From Eledone cirrhosa (lineage: Eukaryota): a DNA stretch of 64,000 nt. The first letter of the stretch is position 1. Every line of letters begins with the position of its first letter. The notes under the pieces are model-generated. The model searched no databases, was not told where the DNA came from, and saw only the letters and a program-made list of their open reading frames with translations. Positions 12,364 to 25,136 of the stretch are shown piece by piece. Made by a program: the position numbers and the translations under genes. The stretch covers positions 334,862,001 to 334,926,000 of the forward strand of contig OZ024743.1 in NCBI GenBank assembly GCA_964016885.1. Reading direction: 5' to 3'.

Positions 12364-13290
12364 CTAGCAGTAAAGCCCGGCGTTGCTCGGGGTCGCTCAG
12401 TAGCTGTGTTAAAGTTACAATGTTAAGTTTCTTTTTTGGCTTAAAAACTGTAGTGTCTACTGTGCAGACTTGCATGTGGTGTTTTTGATTAATATTCCCT
12501 CAACCAACAATATGCCTTATGAAGTTAAGAAAACATAACGATAACCCGAATGTTATAACAAAAGAGGATGCTGGGGATAAAAACTGCACTGGTTATTTAT
12601 TAACAAAGATTGAAAATGTAAACACTGCAACGCAGAAAAAAATATTAGCGTAACCAAATTATCAGTTATGTCTGCACGCCTATATCACTTCTCTGCACGA
12701 CTGTCTGTCTGCACGCCTATATCACCTCTCTGCACGACTGTCTGTCTGCACGCCTATATCACCTCTCTGCACGACTGTCTGTCTGCACGCCTATATCACC
12801 TCTCTGCACGACTGTCTGTCTGCACGCCTGACATATTTGCTTGTTTTACGTAGTCTTTAAATAGACTTGTTTTCAAGTAAAAATATTGTTTTAAAATGCT
12901 TTTAAATGGAAATGAAGCAAAACGGAAGCTTAGTGTTCGAACTGATGAATTTTGCAGGTCAATATTTTGCTGGCTCGACAACTGTTCGTGTATTGTGTTA
13001 ATGTCATTTTAAACGCTGAGAAAGCCAGCGTAATTTTTTACGTAAGACGCTCAATGTAAACAGAACAAAGGGAAATAACTGATAACTTACGCTCAAAAAT
13101 CGATACATTATATTCGATTTCGTCACATAGGGTGGGTCAATTTGAAATATCTTTTTTCCGATGTCTTCGCTAGGGCTCAATGTACAAGTATAGCAATTTC
13201 GGTGCAATTCCGTCAGAGATTCTAAGAGGAGATGTGTGCCAAAAATCGATAGACAGACAGACAACCACAGTTTTATATATATATAGAAGA
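12364..13290 (-). mobile_element. Non-autonomous Helitron
   Basis: Minus strand A|TC start, ccgag-caacg-ccggg hairpin then CTAG|T end; empty site visible in the paralog at ~105-110. Confidence 0.85.
12669..12829. repeat. 37-bp minisatellite inside the Helitron, about 4.3 copies
   Basis: Unit gtctgcacgcctatatcacctctctgcacgactgtct. Confidence 0.9.
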
Positions 13291-13753
13291 TTGGTGCTAT
13301 TTGCTTACAGAGTGGGAAAAACAAAGAGTATATTTATCCTAAGTAGGATGCTCTGCTCTTGAATAGTTACTCTAAGTTTCACGATCGCTGTAGATGAAGT
13401 GATTAATGAGGAGTAACAGTGCGATAAGAAATAAGAAACAATATTTGAAAACATCTAGATGGGATTTATTTACAATAGATCGTAATTTGATTGGTAGAGG
13501 AAAAAAATCACTTAGTGAAGGCATCAAATATCCATCACTATATGCAGCAGTATGTCAACAGTTCAATTCTCTACAATAATTATCAATCATAATCTCATGT
13601 AAATAGGCAAGAAAATACGATTTTCCGACCTAGTTGTGCCCTCTCCTGAAGGCGTCTATATCACCAAAAGAACCACAAGGAACACGAATTTGGTGGGCTT
13701 ATATACACACTCGCTCCTAGTATTATTCTGTATACACACACACATACACACAT

Positions 13754-13820
<67 letters not shown>

Positions 13821-13869
13821 AAATAAAGTTAAATAAAAGTCAAATGATTAAAATTTAGCTTCGTTTATT

Positions 13870-13924
13870 ACTGCTATATATATTTCAGTGACAGCCATCT
13901 TTGGCTGTGACCTCTTCAGGCAGT
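13870..13924 (-). ncRNA. Hammerhead ribozyme in the left inverted repeat
   Basis: Reverse complement of 17285-17339. Confidence 0.75.
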
Positions 13925-14616
13925 TTGAATTAGTATGGTATAGACAAGTACATATGTTGTTTAGGTGTATGATATTGTCAATACTCTGATATGCCCAGTT
14001 CCTTGTTGGGTTGTTAATTCACTGGGGAACTGGAGTCATATGAATTCAAACAAACGAATTTTAGTGTCACAGGTCCCCTTCTCTCATTGGTCAGTTATTA
14101 GTGTTGTCATTGTTGGAGTTAGCTTAAAAATTGATAAAATGGTAGAAGGGACAAGGTGTTGAAGGAACAAAATATCAAAAAATGTGTCAAACTTCCCATT
14201 GTTCAGTTCTGAGAGCATTCCTCAGTCAGAAGTCTATAGAATTCTTTCTGGGGTGAGGCTCCCTGTAGTGTTTATGCCTGCTATTGTTCAGTACATTTGA
14301 CCTCCACCATTATTTTGGTACTGTTGTTGTTGTAGTGGTCAGCTTATATCTTGCTGCTGCTAACAATTTAGAAGTATTCAGTTTGTGTTTTCTCTTCATC
14401 CCACCCGCCACCATCGTAGTGGTGGTGGCGGGGGGGGGGGGTTATTTCATGTATATGAAGAAATATAAGGCAATAAATGAAGAAAACAGAAGATAAATAA
14501 ATAATATAATAAAATAAAATAATTAATATAATTTGTGTAATTTGAAAATAAATAAATAAATAGAGAATAAAGAATAAAGAGTAAATGAGAGATTGGTGAA
14601 AATGAGAGATTGGTGA

Positions 14617-16093
14617 AACCTGAACACCGAGCAATACTACCCCTACCACAAGCCCAACGAGAAACTAGTATATGTTAACGCCAAATCAGACCACCCTAGA
14701 TCCATAACCAAGGCAGTGGTGAAGAGTGTCTCGGACAGGATCTCCAGCCTGTCCGCAAGTAAGGAAATATTCAACAACCACGCGGAATATTACAACGCAG
14801 CTCTAAAGAAGGCGGCACATGGACAAAATATAACATATAGTCCGAAAAGCCGGGAGGTGGATAGCCCAACAGACACCCACAACCGCGTTACCAGAGGGGG
14901 GAGGGCGAACCCTAACAATACAGGCAGAGCAAAATCAAATAGGCACCATGTACCAGACACCACCACACGGGCGGTGGGGACTAGTGTGCTTGACCACGAG
15001 ATGGAGCACAATATGAGTAGCAGTCTCAGGCGTGATGCTAACTACCCCAGGACGGACAACCCCAACCGCAGGACACGTGGGGGGGGGGGGGAAACGGGCG
15101 ACCACCCCACGATGGATCTCCCGGGGCAGACAACAACCACCCCACAAATCCGGGCCGTGAAGATAACAGAGAGTATAGAGCCCAAAAGGGAAGCAACAGT
15201 GCGGAAACCACCAGCAAACCAACAAATCTCCAACAAATCACGAAGCCCCCAACCCACACATATAGGAGGAGACACCGACAAATCACGTGGTACAACCCAC
15301 CCTACTCAGCGGCCCTAAAGAAAAGCTTGGTCCGATTGTTCTTTGGAGCACTTGACAATGCTTCCCGAGGGACCACAGATACCACAGGATCTTCAACAGA
15401 CACACTGTGAAGCTTTCGTATTCCACCACGAGAAATTTGGCCCAACACATAGCTAGCATCAACAGAAGTAGGCTTAAAAACCACACACAACCAGAAGATG
15501 GCAATACAAACACTCAGCAGAACCATGTGAAAGGAGGGAAGGGGGGACCCAGAGCCCACCCAAGAAACACAAACAGACCCAAGGAACCCCCACCGAGCAT
15601 GGGGGAAGACCAACATGTAACACATAATGAGAACCCTAATCTAAGCACGCAGAGGCCGCCCACCCTCTGCAACTGTAGAAACCCCGAATCATGCCCCCTT
15701 GGTAATGAATGTCTCAAGAAGAACATAGTGTACGGTTGTAGGGTTAAAACCCCCAACTCCGAACACCTCTACATAGGAGCCACATCAACGAGCTTTAAGG
15801 ACCGCTGGTACAACCATCGCCATTCATTCAAGAAGGAGGCCAAAAGGAAAAGCACAGCTCTCTCCGACCTGATCTGGAAGCTTAAGCTGGACAGGACCCC
15901 ATACTCTCTGGCCTGGTACATAATCAGGAAAGTACCACCCGATAAAGGGGGATCTTGCATATGCAAACTATGCCTGAACGAGACCCTCGAGATACTAAGA
16001 GGTGGAAGCGGCCTGATAAACCTCAGAACCGACTTCTTCGGGACATGCAGACACCTTAGAGCCGGGACCTTTCTCAAAATATATGGACAGTAG
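14617..16093 (+). pseudogene. PLE RT thumb/linker + GIY-YIG endonuclease fragment
   Basis: PYHKPN..YVN..SDHP, WYNPPYS, CFPRDH.YH.IFNRHTVKLSYS, CNCR..CPL...CL..NIVY, YIGAT, CKLCLNE, CRH; frameshifted. Confidence 0.85.
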
Positions 16094-17284
16094 CAACACA
16101 AGAAGATGTGAACTCCCCTCAAGCTATAGGGACTTCTACAGAACATGAAAACACCTCTCGGCCAGACCTCCCTCAAGCTATATGGACAATTACAACACCC
16201 TAGGTTGTGAACTCCCCTCAAGCCATAGGGAACAACCCAGGCGGAGCAGAAACCATGATAGCCTAGAGACAGAATCGGACACAGCCATAATAATCTGGCC
16301 AACATCTATAACACAAACACTTTTAATTTACCAGATTTCTGACTTTAAAGTTCCAATCTTAAATCTTGATTTCTCTATATTAATTTGTTATTTGTTTTCT
16401 GCCCTCTTCACTGTATAACCTTATATTTATATTTATTTAAGTTGAGATAGATTATAACACAAACACATTGAATATCTCATCTTAACATCTTGTATCATAC
16501 CAATTTATCCAACATATTCTGACCTTGAGATTGGTTATAGCACACACACACACACACTTTATCCTACATTATTTCTCACTTCTCCATATACATTATCATT
16601 ACTTTTTCACCAATCTCTCATTTACTCTTTATTCTTTATTCTCTATTTATTTATTTATTTTCAAATTACACAAATTATATTAATTATTTTATTTTATTAT
16701 ATTATTTATTTATCTTCTGTTTTCTTCATTTATTGCCTTATATTTCTTCATATACATGAAATAACCCCCCCCCCCCGCCACCACTACTACGATGGTGGCG
16801 GGTGGGATGAAGAGAAAACACAAACTGAATACTTCTAAATTGTTAGCAGCAGCAAGATATAAGCTGACCACTACAACAACAACAGTACCAAAATAATGGT
16901 GGAGGTCAAATGTACTGAACAATAGCAGGCATAAACACTACAGGGAGCCTCACCCCAGAAAGAATTCTATAGACTTCTGACTGAGGAATGCTCTCAGAAC
17001 TGAACAATGGGAAGTTTGACACATTTTTTGATATTTTGTTCCTTCAACACCTTGTCCCTTCTACCATTTTATCAATTTTTAAGCTAACTCCAACAATGAC
17101 AACACTAATAACTGACCAATGAGAGGAGAAGGGGACCTGTGACACTAAAATTCGTTTGTTTGAATTCATATGACTCCAGTTCCCCAGTGAATTAACAACC
17201 CAACAAGGAACTGGGCATATCAGAGTATTGACAATATCATACACCTAAACAACATATGTACTTGTCTATACCATACTAATTCAA

Positions 17285-17339
17285 ACTGCCTGAAGAGGTC
17301 ACAGCCAAAGATGGCTGTCACTGAAATATATATAGCAGT
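17285..17339 (+). ncRNA. Hammerhead ribozyme in the PLE terminal repeat
   Basis: actgc CTGAAGA ggtcacagccaaagatggctgtcact GAAA tatatata gcagt; stem II acagcca/tggctgt. Confidence 0.78.
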
Positions 17340-17489
17340 AATAAACGAAGCTAAATTTTAATCATTTGACTTTTATTTAACTTTATTTTACACTACTCCG
17401 GAGTAACCAAACCAACCTGCGCACTTCGTCGAGTGCTCCAGCCTGCATACTGAGGTGTTGGTATACAACCAACATAAACTCAAAATATA

Positions 17490-17562
<73 letters not shown>

Positions 17563-17630
17563 GTATATATAAATATACACTTGAAAATATCACAGTTGAA
17601 AACTGCAAACTTGACTGTCACCACGGGATA

Positions 17631-17669
17631 TGAACCTGAAGATTGCGAAAGCATGAAAGTACTTGTTCA
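17631..17669 (+). ncRNA. Minimal hammerhead ribozyme (paralog of 727)
   Basis: tgaac CTGAAGA t tgc-gaaa-gca t GAAA gtac TT gttca. Confidence 0.78.
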
Positions 17670-17805
17670 ATTAACACTTAACATTTAATATTCTACTATA
17701 CTATTTCATTCTAATACCATTATAAATTTTAAAGGATTGTAAATACAACGAGTAAATCAGACAAAGTTGGAAATCCTTTTATTAATATAAATATACATAT
17801 TCATG

Positions 17806-17837
<32 letters not shown>

Positions 17838-17856
17838 TACATATACATATTTATAT

Positions 17857-17899
<43 letters not shown>

Positions 17900-17905
17900 T
17901 ATACG

Positions 17906-17938
<33 letters not shown>

Positions 17939-17972
17939 GTATACACACACACACACACACACACATACACAC

Positions 17973-18785
<813 letters not shown>

Positions 18786-18841
18786 ATATATATATATATA
18801 TAAATAAATTCCTTTCAACTAAACTGTATCCATTCAAATCT

Positions 18842-18896
<55 letters not shown>

Positions 18897-18898
<2 letters not shown>

Positions 18899-19680
18899 TA
18901 GCAAGACCACTGTAGATCCTCTTCAGACGTTCTTCGGCTAGCGGTAAACTACCCAGAGAGCTAAAATACGGCACAATATACCCTATCCATAAAGGAGGAA
19001 GCAGACGGAAGCCCCAAACTACAGCCCGGTCTCCCTGACGTCATATATCAGTAAGGTAATGGAACGAATCATTAGAAAGAAACTCTCACGTTCCTCTAGG
19101 AAAATGATCGCCTAACGAGCACGCAGCATGTCTTTCACCCTGGAATCAGCTGCCTTACATAGCTGTTACAACGCTATGACTGAGTACTGATACCAATAAG
19201 TGGGAAGCTCACATGTGTACGTGATATATCTTCACTTTGCTAAGGCCTTTGACAAGGTCGACCACAGAATGGTATGTCACAAACTTCACAGACTCGAGAT
19301 AACTGGAAAAGTAGGTGAGTGGATGCATGATTTCTGAAAAGAGAGAATCCTGACAGTTGCAGCCAATAGGGCCCCCTCAAAGGATACATCAATAAGTAGT
19401 AGGGTGCACCATGGCACTGTCTTGGGACAACTACTGTTTTTGGTGGCTCTCTCAGACATGCCCTCTGTAGTACATACATCATCCCTCCTAGCTATGCTGA
19501 TGACACTAAGGTAGCGCAGTCAATCAAAAATCCAGCTGATGCTGCCCTTTTACAAGAAGATCTGGATGCCATATAGAAATAGGCTGAGGACCACATCATG
19601 CAGTATGCTGGAAAGTTTCAAACCCTACAATACCAACCAACAAACACAAAGACAGTATAACACAGCTACACCGGACGAGA
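18897..19680 (+). pseudogene. CR1/Jockey-group RT fragment (copy B)
   Basis: Paralog of 4539-5320. Confidence 0.85.
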
Positions 19681-19950
19681 GACCAGGTAAGGTTCGGTCG
19701 CCTTGGTGAGAACCTCGCTGACGAGAGCGCGACAGGAGGGGATGGGGTGAGGTAGGCAGGTAAAGCTTGGTCCGAAGCTGATCGGAGGCCGAGGCCACCT
19801 AACCCCGTTGGGAGTGTCGCCTGTTGTCTGCCTGCGCTGTCGAAACTGACATTGCAGATGAGTTCCGCACAGTTATACATCAATTAGTTTGGCTGGTGTT
19901 CGGTGAGGTTGTACCTGTGGCAGTATGAGCTGGGCATGTCACTGCCATGC
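19680..19950 (-). pseudogene. CRE-clade non-LTR retrotransposon fragment
   Basis: QQATLPTGLGGLGLRSASDQALPAYL, typical post-RT motif of CRE-like elements. Confidence 0.65.
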
Positions 19951-20488
19951 TGCTTCATACTATGAACATGTTTTGAAGCCAGTTATCTTCTTTCTTACAA
20001 ACTTTACACTAGATTTTTGCCTCAAGAATTTATGTAATTTTATATTTCAATTGTTAACCAATTGTTTACAATGAATACATGTCAACCAGTGAAATATTAT
20101 TGTTGACATTAAAGGTCAAGCTCTTGTCTTCTTTTCTTTTCTGTTCTTACTTTATCCTAGTTTTCAATCTTGGATATTTGATTTCTATTGCAATGGCTCT
20201 CACAAAAGAAACAAAATCCAACAAGGCTTCACACACACACACACAACGCGCGCACGCGCACGCACACGCACACACACACACGCGCGCGCGCGCACACACA
20301 CACAGACACACACACACACACACACAGACGCACACGTACACGCACACACACAGGCACATATTTATATATACATATATAGCAGCCCTGCAGATACATATAC
20401 ATTGCTTTGTTTTGTTTCATGTGCCCTTCATATTTTCTACTGCACTGTACCGGCTTTTAAAAAGTCTATCGGTCATTTACACGCACAT

Positions 20489-20564
<76 letters not shown>

Positions 20565-20641
20565 GTTTAGTAAATGACCGAGCCTGGAAGTTGCTGTTGA
20601 AACGGCAAGATCTCAGCTGTCGTTGTCAAGATCTTTTATAA

Positions 20642-20790
20642 TATAACCATACTGAATTACTCCAAGTATTGAGTCCTCTGGTGAGTAAAGGTCTAACTAG
20701 TTTCAAACTGAATCCATCCTTATATATATATTGAATTCTGTTTGAAACTGGTTAGACCGTTATTCACCAAAGGAATCAATACTTAGAGTA
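20642..20790. repeat. Short fold-back with only the GAAAC half of a hammerhead
   Basis: Arms ~20659-20715 / 20733-20789; gaaactggtta-gacc. Confidence 0.55.
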
Positions 20791-20884
20791 TATATATATA
20801 TAGAGAGAGAGAGAGCCGTCGAAACGGTTCGAGCTCTGCCATCGTGTCTTGAACATTTTCCTATATATATATATATATATTATA

Positions 20885-21340
20885 ACAGTAGGCTGGACTG
20901 GTGAAATTACTTTAAAGGTTTATTATACTATGATCATTTCAATGACTGTGTTCAGTATGAATCCGGTCACATCATCAGGTATTCGAAAAATAACAAAGGA
21001 ATATTGCGGTTGACCGGGCTTGAAGCTGCTAAATGTTCGGCCGCCCTTATGTCTCTGCTTTTCAGCCCCATGGATTTTGTCTATTATATTCTTTTGTTAT
21101 ATTTCGAATACCTGATGATGTCACCGGATTCATACTGAACCCGGTCATTGAAATGATCATAATATAATAAAACTTTTAATGATTTACACCAGTCCAGCCT
21201 CCTCTTATTTTATAATAATTAACTCCGAACTCGCACCACCAACTACACAAACGAAGACGGGTGAGTTGCATTACGTCGAGGTTGACCATACGGAATGACC
21301 AGTTCTATCCAGTGGTGAACCAACAAACCTAAATAAATAT
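20885..21340 (+). mobile_element. Non-coding mini-PLE with an inverted pair of hammerheads
   Basis: Arms 20885-21004 / 21087-21205; CTGATGA tgtcaccgg..ccggtcatt GAAA tgatca TA at 21112-21162 and its inverse at 20925-20983; tail similar to 62875-62975. Confidence 0.72.
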
Positions 21341-21660
21341 ATATATATAAGGGAAGAAGCTTTTATTTTCTACTCCAATTTTATTTCCTATTATGCAGCA
21401 TTTCAGAAGCGATAAATAGCTTAATTGATTTCAATCACGTCACTCGTCAGTTTATTTAATTTTGGAAGATGGTATTTTGTGTGGTATACTTCCATGTAGG
21501 ATATTGTTTTTTCTAGAGTTGACTCAAATTGGTCTTAACGCTTATTATTCCGTCTGTTGTTCTTTTTGTATGTTGGCGTTGTCAAGGTATTAAGTTGGTG
21601 TTGTTTCATTAACTGCTTAATTGTATCCGTATTTGAATTTGTTTGTGTGCATGCGCGCGC

Positions 21661-21787
<127 letters not shown>

Positions 21788-22044
21788 CGTGTGCGCGCGT
21801 TTGTATTTGTATGTATTTGTGTGAATTTATATATTTACGTTGGTGATATATCTATGAAAACCGAAGTGTAAAAAAGCTGATTTTTCAACCATTTGTTTAC
21901 TCTTGTTTACTTGGAAGTGGAATATCTTTTAGTGATGTCGTGATAGTGAATTTTTTTATCTTATTAGGTCATTACATCATAAACCATTCAACTTTAACGA
22001 ATAAATAAATCAGTTTAATACAAGTAATGCAATAAAATGTATTT

Positions 22045-22290
22045 CTTTTGCAAGGTTCTTTATATGAAATCGTGCGTTAAAATATATATTGTTATATTTG
22101 GGGAGGGTCATGTCCTAATATTGCGATAAAACAGTAAAACTCACTCACTGTTTGGTTTAATTTTCGCGTCAGTATATTTTTATATATAAATATATAGTGA
22201 AACTGAAGCGAAATCCAAACCAAACAGTCACTGTGTTTCATTATTTTTGGCAATATTAAGACAACATGACCCTCCCCAAATATAACAATA
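22045..22290. mobile_element. Fold-back PLE-terminus mini-element (family of 975-1561)
   Basis: attgttatatttgggagggtcat ... atgaccctccccaaatataacaat inverted ends. Confidence 0.65.
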
Positions 22291-23044
22291 TATGTATATA
22301 AAGCTTGGTCATTATTTATTCATTTTATATAAGCTTTGTGATGTGATATGGTAAATCTATTATGTCTGGAAATTTACAAATTAAACTCTGAACTGTATTT
22401 TGTATAATAAAATCACATTCAAGGTTTTAATATATCTCTCAGCCTTATATGTATTATCTTATATGTATTATCAACTCATCTAATCTACCAGATATTCACT
22501 GAATGGACAATCAATATATATGGACAGAAAATGAATTATTTTTCGAAGAGTGGGTTAGAATTTAATACGATGATTCGGCTGAGACATTTTAGCTGCATCT
22601 GTAATTGAAAGGTGAACCTTTTCACATACTATCATGCTGAATCTCCCGGAGAGCTATGTTAAGGATCCAGGATTCTATGGAATGCTCAGCCACTTGCACG
22701 TTAGGATTCGGGTTAGGGTCATGAGCATATTTGTCTAGTGTTCAAACAACTGGAAAACTCGTCTCGAAACGGGCAGAGGTCCAACACACACGCATAAATT
22801 AGTTATTTACATATTACCATTAAATATGTGTGTGCGATTGTTTGTAGGAAAGGTTAAGCTTTTGAGTGAGGGTTTTATATTTGATTTTGTGGTAAAACCT
22901 TTATATTGTGGGTGCAGTGAAACACGGATGAGAGGAAACACGGTGTTTGTTATTTCAATAATTCTGAATGATATCACATTCTATGAACAATGAATGGAGA
23001 AACTGATTTATATAATATGTAATGTGGTATATACAGTTATCGTG

Positions 23045-23300
23045 CAGGCACGTGGCCTAGTGGTAAGGACTTACGATCATAATGTCGTGGGTTCGATTCC
23101 TGGGTTGCGTGTGGTGTTCTTGAGAAAAACACTTCATTTCACGTTGTTACAGCTGAAATTGAGTACCAGCAATAGCTGAAGGTGTAACCCTGCGATGGAA
23201 TGGTGTCCTGTCCAGGGAAGAATATTGTACTCTCAGTCGCTTCACGCCATGAAACCGGGATAAAGTACCGGCCAAATGAGCCTGCTGGCTTAAGACAGAC
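23045..23300 (+). mobile_element. tRNA-derived SINE
   Basis: A box tggcctagtgg, B box ggttcgattcc, then gtgttcttgagaaaaacactt and aaccctgcgatgg..tcctgtccaggg..gtcgcttcacgcc..gaaaccgg central domains. Confidence 0.7.
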
Positions 23301-24519
23301 TTTAAATGTAGCTATCAGGTATATGATGATTCCATAGAGTTGGATTAAATTGTTAAGCCTTTCGGTTGTCATACGTTAAAAAGAAAAATATTTTGATAAC
23401 TTATTTCTAGGATATACTTACATAAGTGTTCATTATATCAGTGCTAATTGCGTAAAGGATTGAATGTGTGAGTAATCTTGGAAAAATAACTATTTCTATA
23501 CCTATCTGAGAGATAAAAAGATCCAAATAAGGGCTGAAGTAATGCTGATAAGAGGACTTGGGCGAAATATTAAAAGTTCTACTGATTACTTTTACACTTT
23601 GATGTGTAAAGTGTATATCTGTAACTCTTTTGCTGTTGATTATATATAATTTCTGTGAAGCAGGACTACAAGAGAATGGTTTATCGAACAATTTCTATTT
23701 TCGTTTCGCATTGATGAGACCCCGTGTTCAATCTCACTGCATGCCATTTTAAGCGAGACCTATGTCTTGTGAGGGTGTCTATAGTTCAAAAGGCCATCCG
23801 TGTTTCGCCGTATCTCTCTGAGATTTACGTTAAGGTTACGCGTGATTGTAGAATATTCCACATCTTACACGTTAATTTGAAGCAGTGGCTGTTCCGTTGA
23901 TCGAAGGATTGGAAAACTCACCGGCAAAAGCAACGGAGGTCTATTTAAAAATAGACATAGATTTTTCTTCTTCTTCTTGGGAGGGCCGTGGGGGAAGAGT
24001 TTTCAAACTCCTTCCAGAGGATCCTGTCTGAAACAACCGTCTCTAATGGATCCGGCTGGATTTACTAACAAGAATGGCCAAGCTCATGGATGTTATCCAT
24101 TCATCTCCAACGGGGTCTACACGATTTTCCTGGTTTTTAAAAAATGTTATATCAATATATAATTAATCCTTTGTTTTAAATGCAGAAATCTGGGCACTAG
24201 TTAACATAATTTATTCATGAAGTCGATAGTTCATTCTTATTTCTATATTTTGAACAAGTTAAATTTCTGGATTGGGTTTGGTATTTTGAGCACTTGAACT
24301 ATACTTTCTTTTAGAATTATTAGAATTGGCATGGTTTTTATTCATTCATATATAAATAGTATGCTAAAGTCACCGAATTTATTTCAGCGAATTTTTGCGA
24401 TGACCCACTCATTCAATGAGATACAAGCATGCACTTGAGAACGTGCATCTTGTAAATACAGAGTACACACAAACAGTAAGTTAGTGAGTATTATGGCAGT
24501 GTTCTGGTATTCATACCTC

Positions 24520-24580
<61 letters not shown>

Positions 24581-24854
24581 TTATATATATATATTTATAC
24601 ACATAATTAAGGTGTTCGCTCAAAAATATAAGTATGTGTATTTTGTATATTTATGATATACGATATGTTTACGAATAAACACCTGAAAACTTTTAGCTAT
24701 GAATTTTGGAAGCTGATGGCGGGGCGCCATCTAGCAACAACCAGCAGTGTTAAGAGGAAATTACCGAGGGAAATTTCTGACTGATGGTCTAAATATTATT
24801 TAGTCGTATTTGATTCAATGACAAGAAGAAAGCGTTAATAAGCTCATGATATGA

Positions 24855-24885
<31 letters not shown>

Positions 24886-25136
24886 TAATAATAATGACTT
24901 CTTTATTAACCACAAGGGTTTACATAAAGTAGACATTAAGGACAGTACAGGACAATACAGGGCGGTACAAATAGGCATTTCTGCGTGTAAAAAACAAGAA
25001 ACAGAGGATGTAATAATAGAACAATGAAAAAATTGGGGGAGACTTCCGAGGGACATTCGTGGAGAAAGCCAATTAAAAAGCCACAGTAACCCTGACCACC
25101 AGGTCAAGTGCCCTCTCCCAGTTTTCTACCTTTAAT

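Larger units (their letters stand above)
13821..17485 (+). mobile_element. 5'-truncated Penelope-like element (Naiad-like) with ~780-bp inverted terminal repeats
   Basis: Arms 13821-14602 / 16605-17389, ~95-nt tail to 17485; inserted in a (TA)n tract that is empty in the paralog at ~560-660. Confidence 0.9.

Noticed and set aside
12669-12829. 37-bp repeats of CRISPR-like length
   Set aside because: Head-to-tail with no spacers, inside a Helitron, eukaryotic context, no cas genes
14617-16300. Selenoprotein-type Naiad (UGA at Cys positions plus SECIS)
   Set aside because: The conserved Cys positions I read are not TGA in either Naiad-like fragment; no SECIS recognised by eye; the N-terminal part is missing, so it is not fully excluded
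23045-23105. tRNA gene
   Set aside because: A and B boxes present but no complete cloverleaf; continues into a SINE body
22610-23940. Two related degenerate segments (22610-22760, 23700-23940), possibly an old SINE
   Set aside because: Similarity is weak and no clear promoter boxes or boundaries could be assigned
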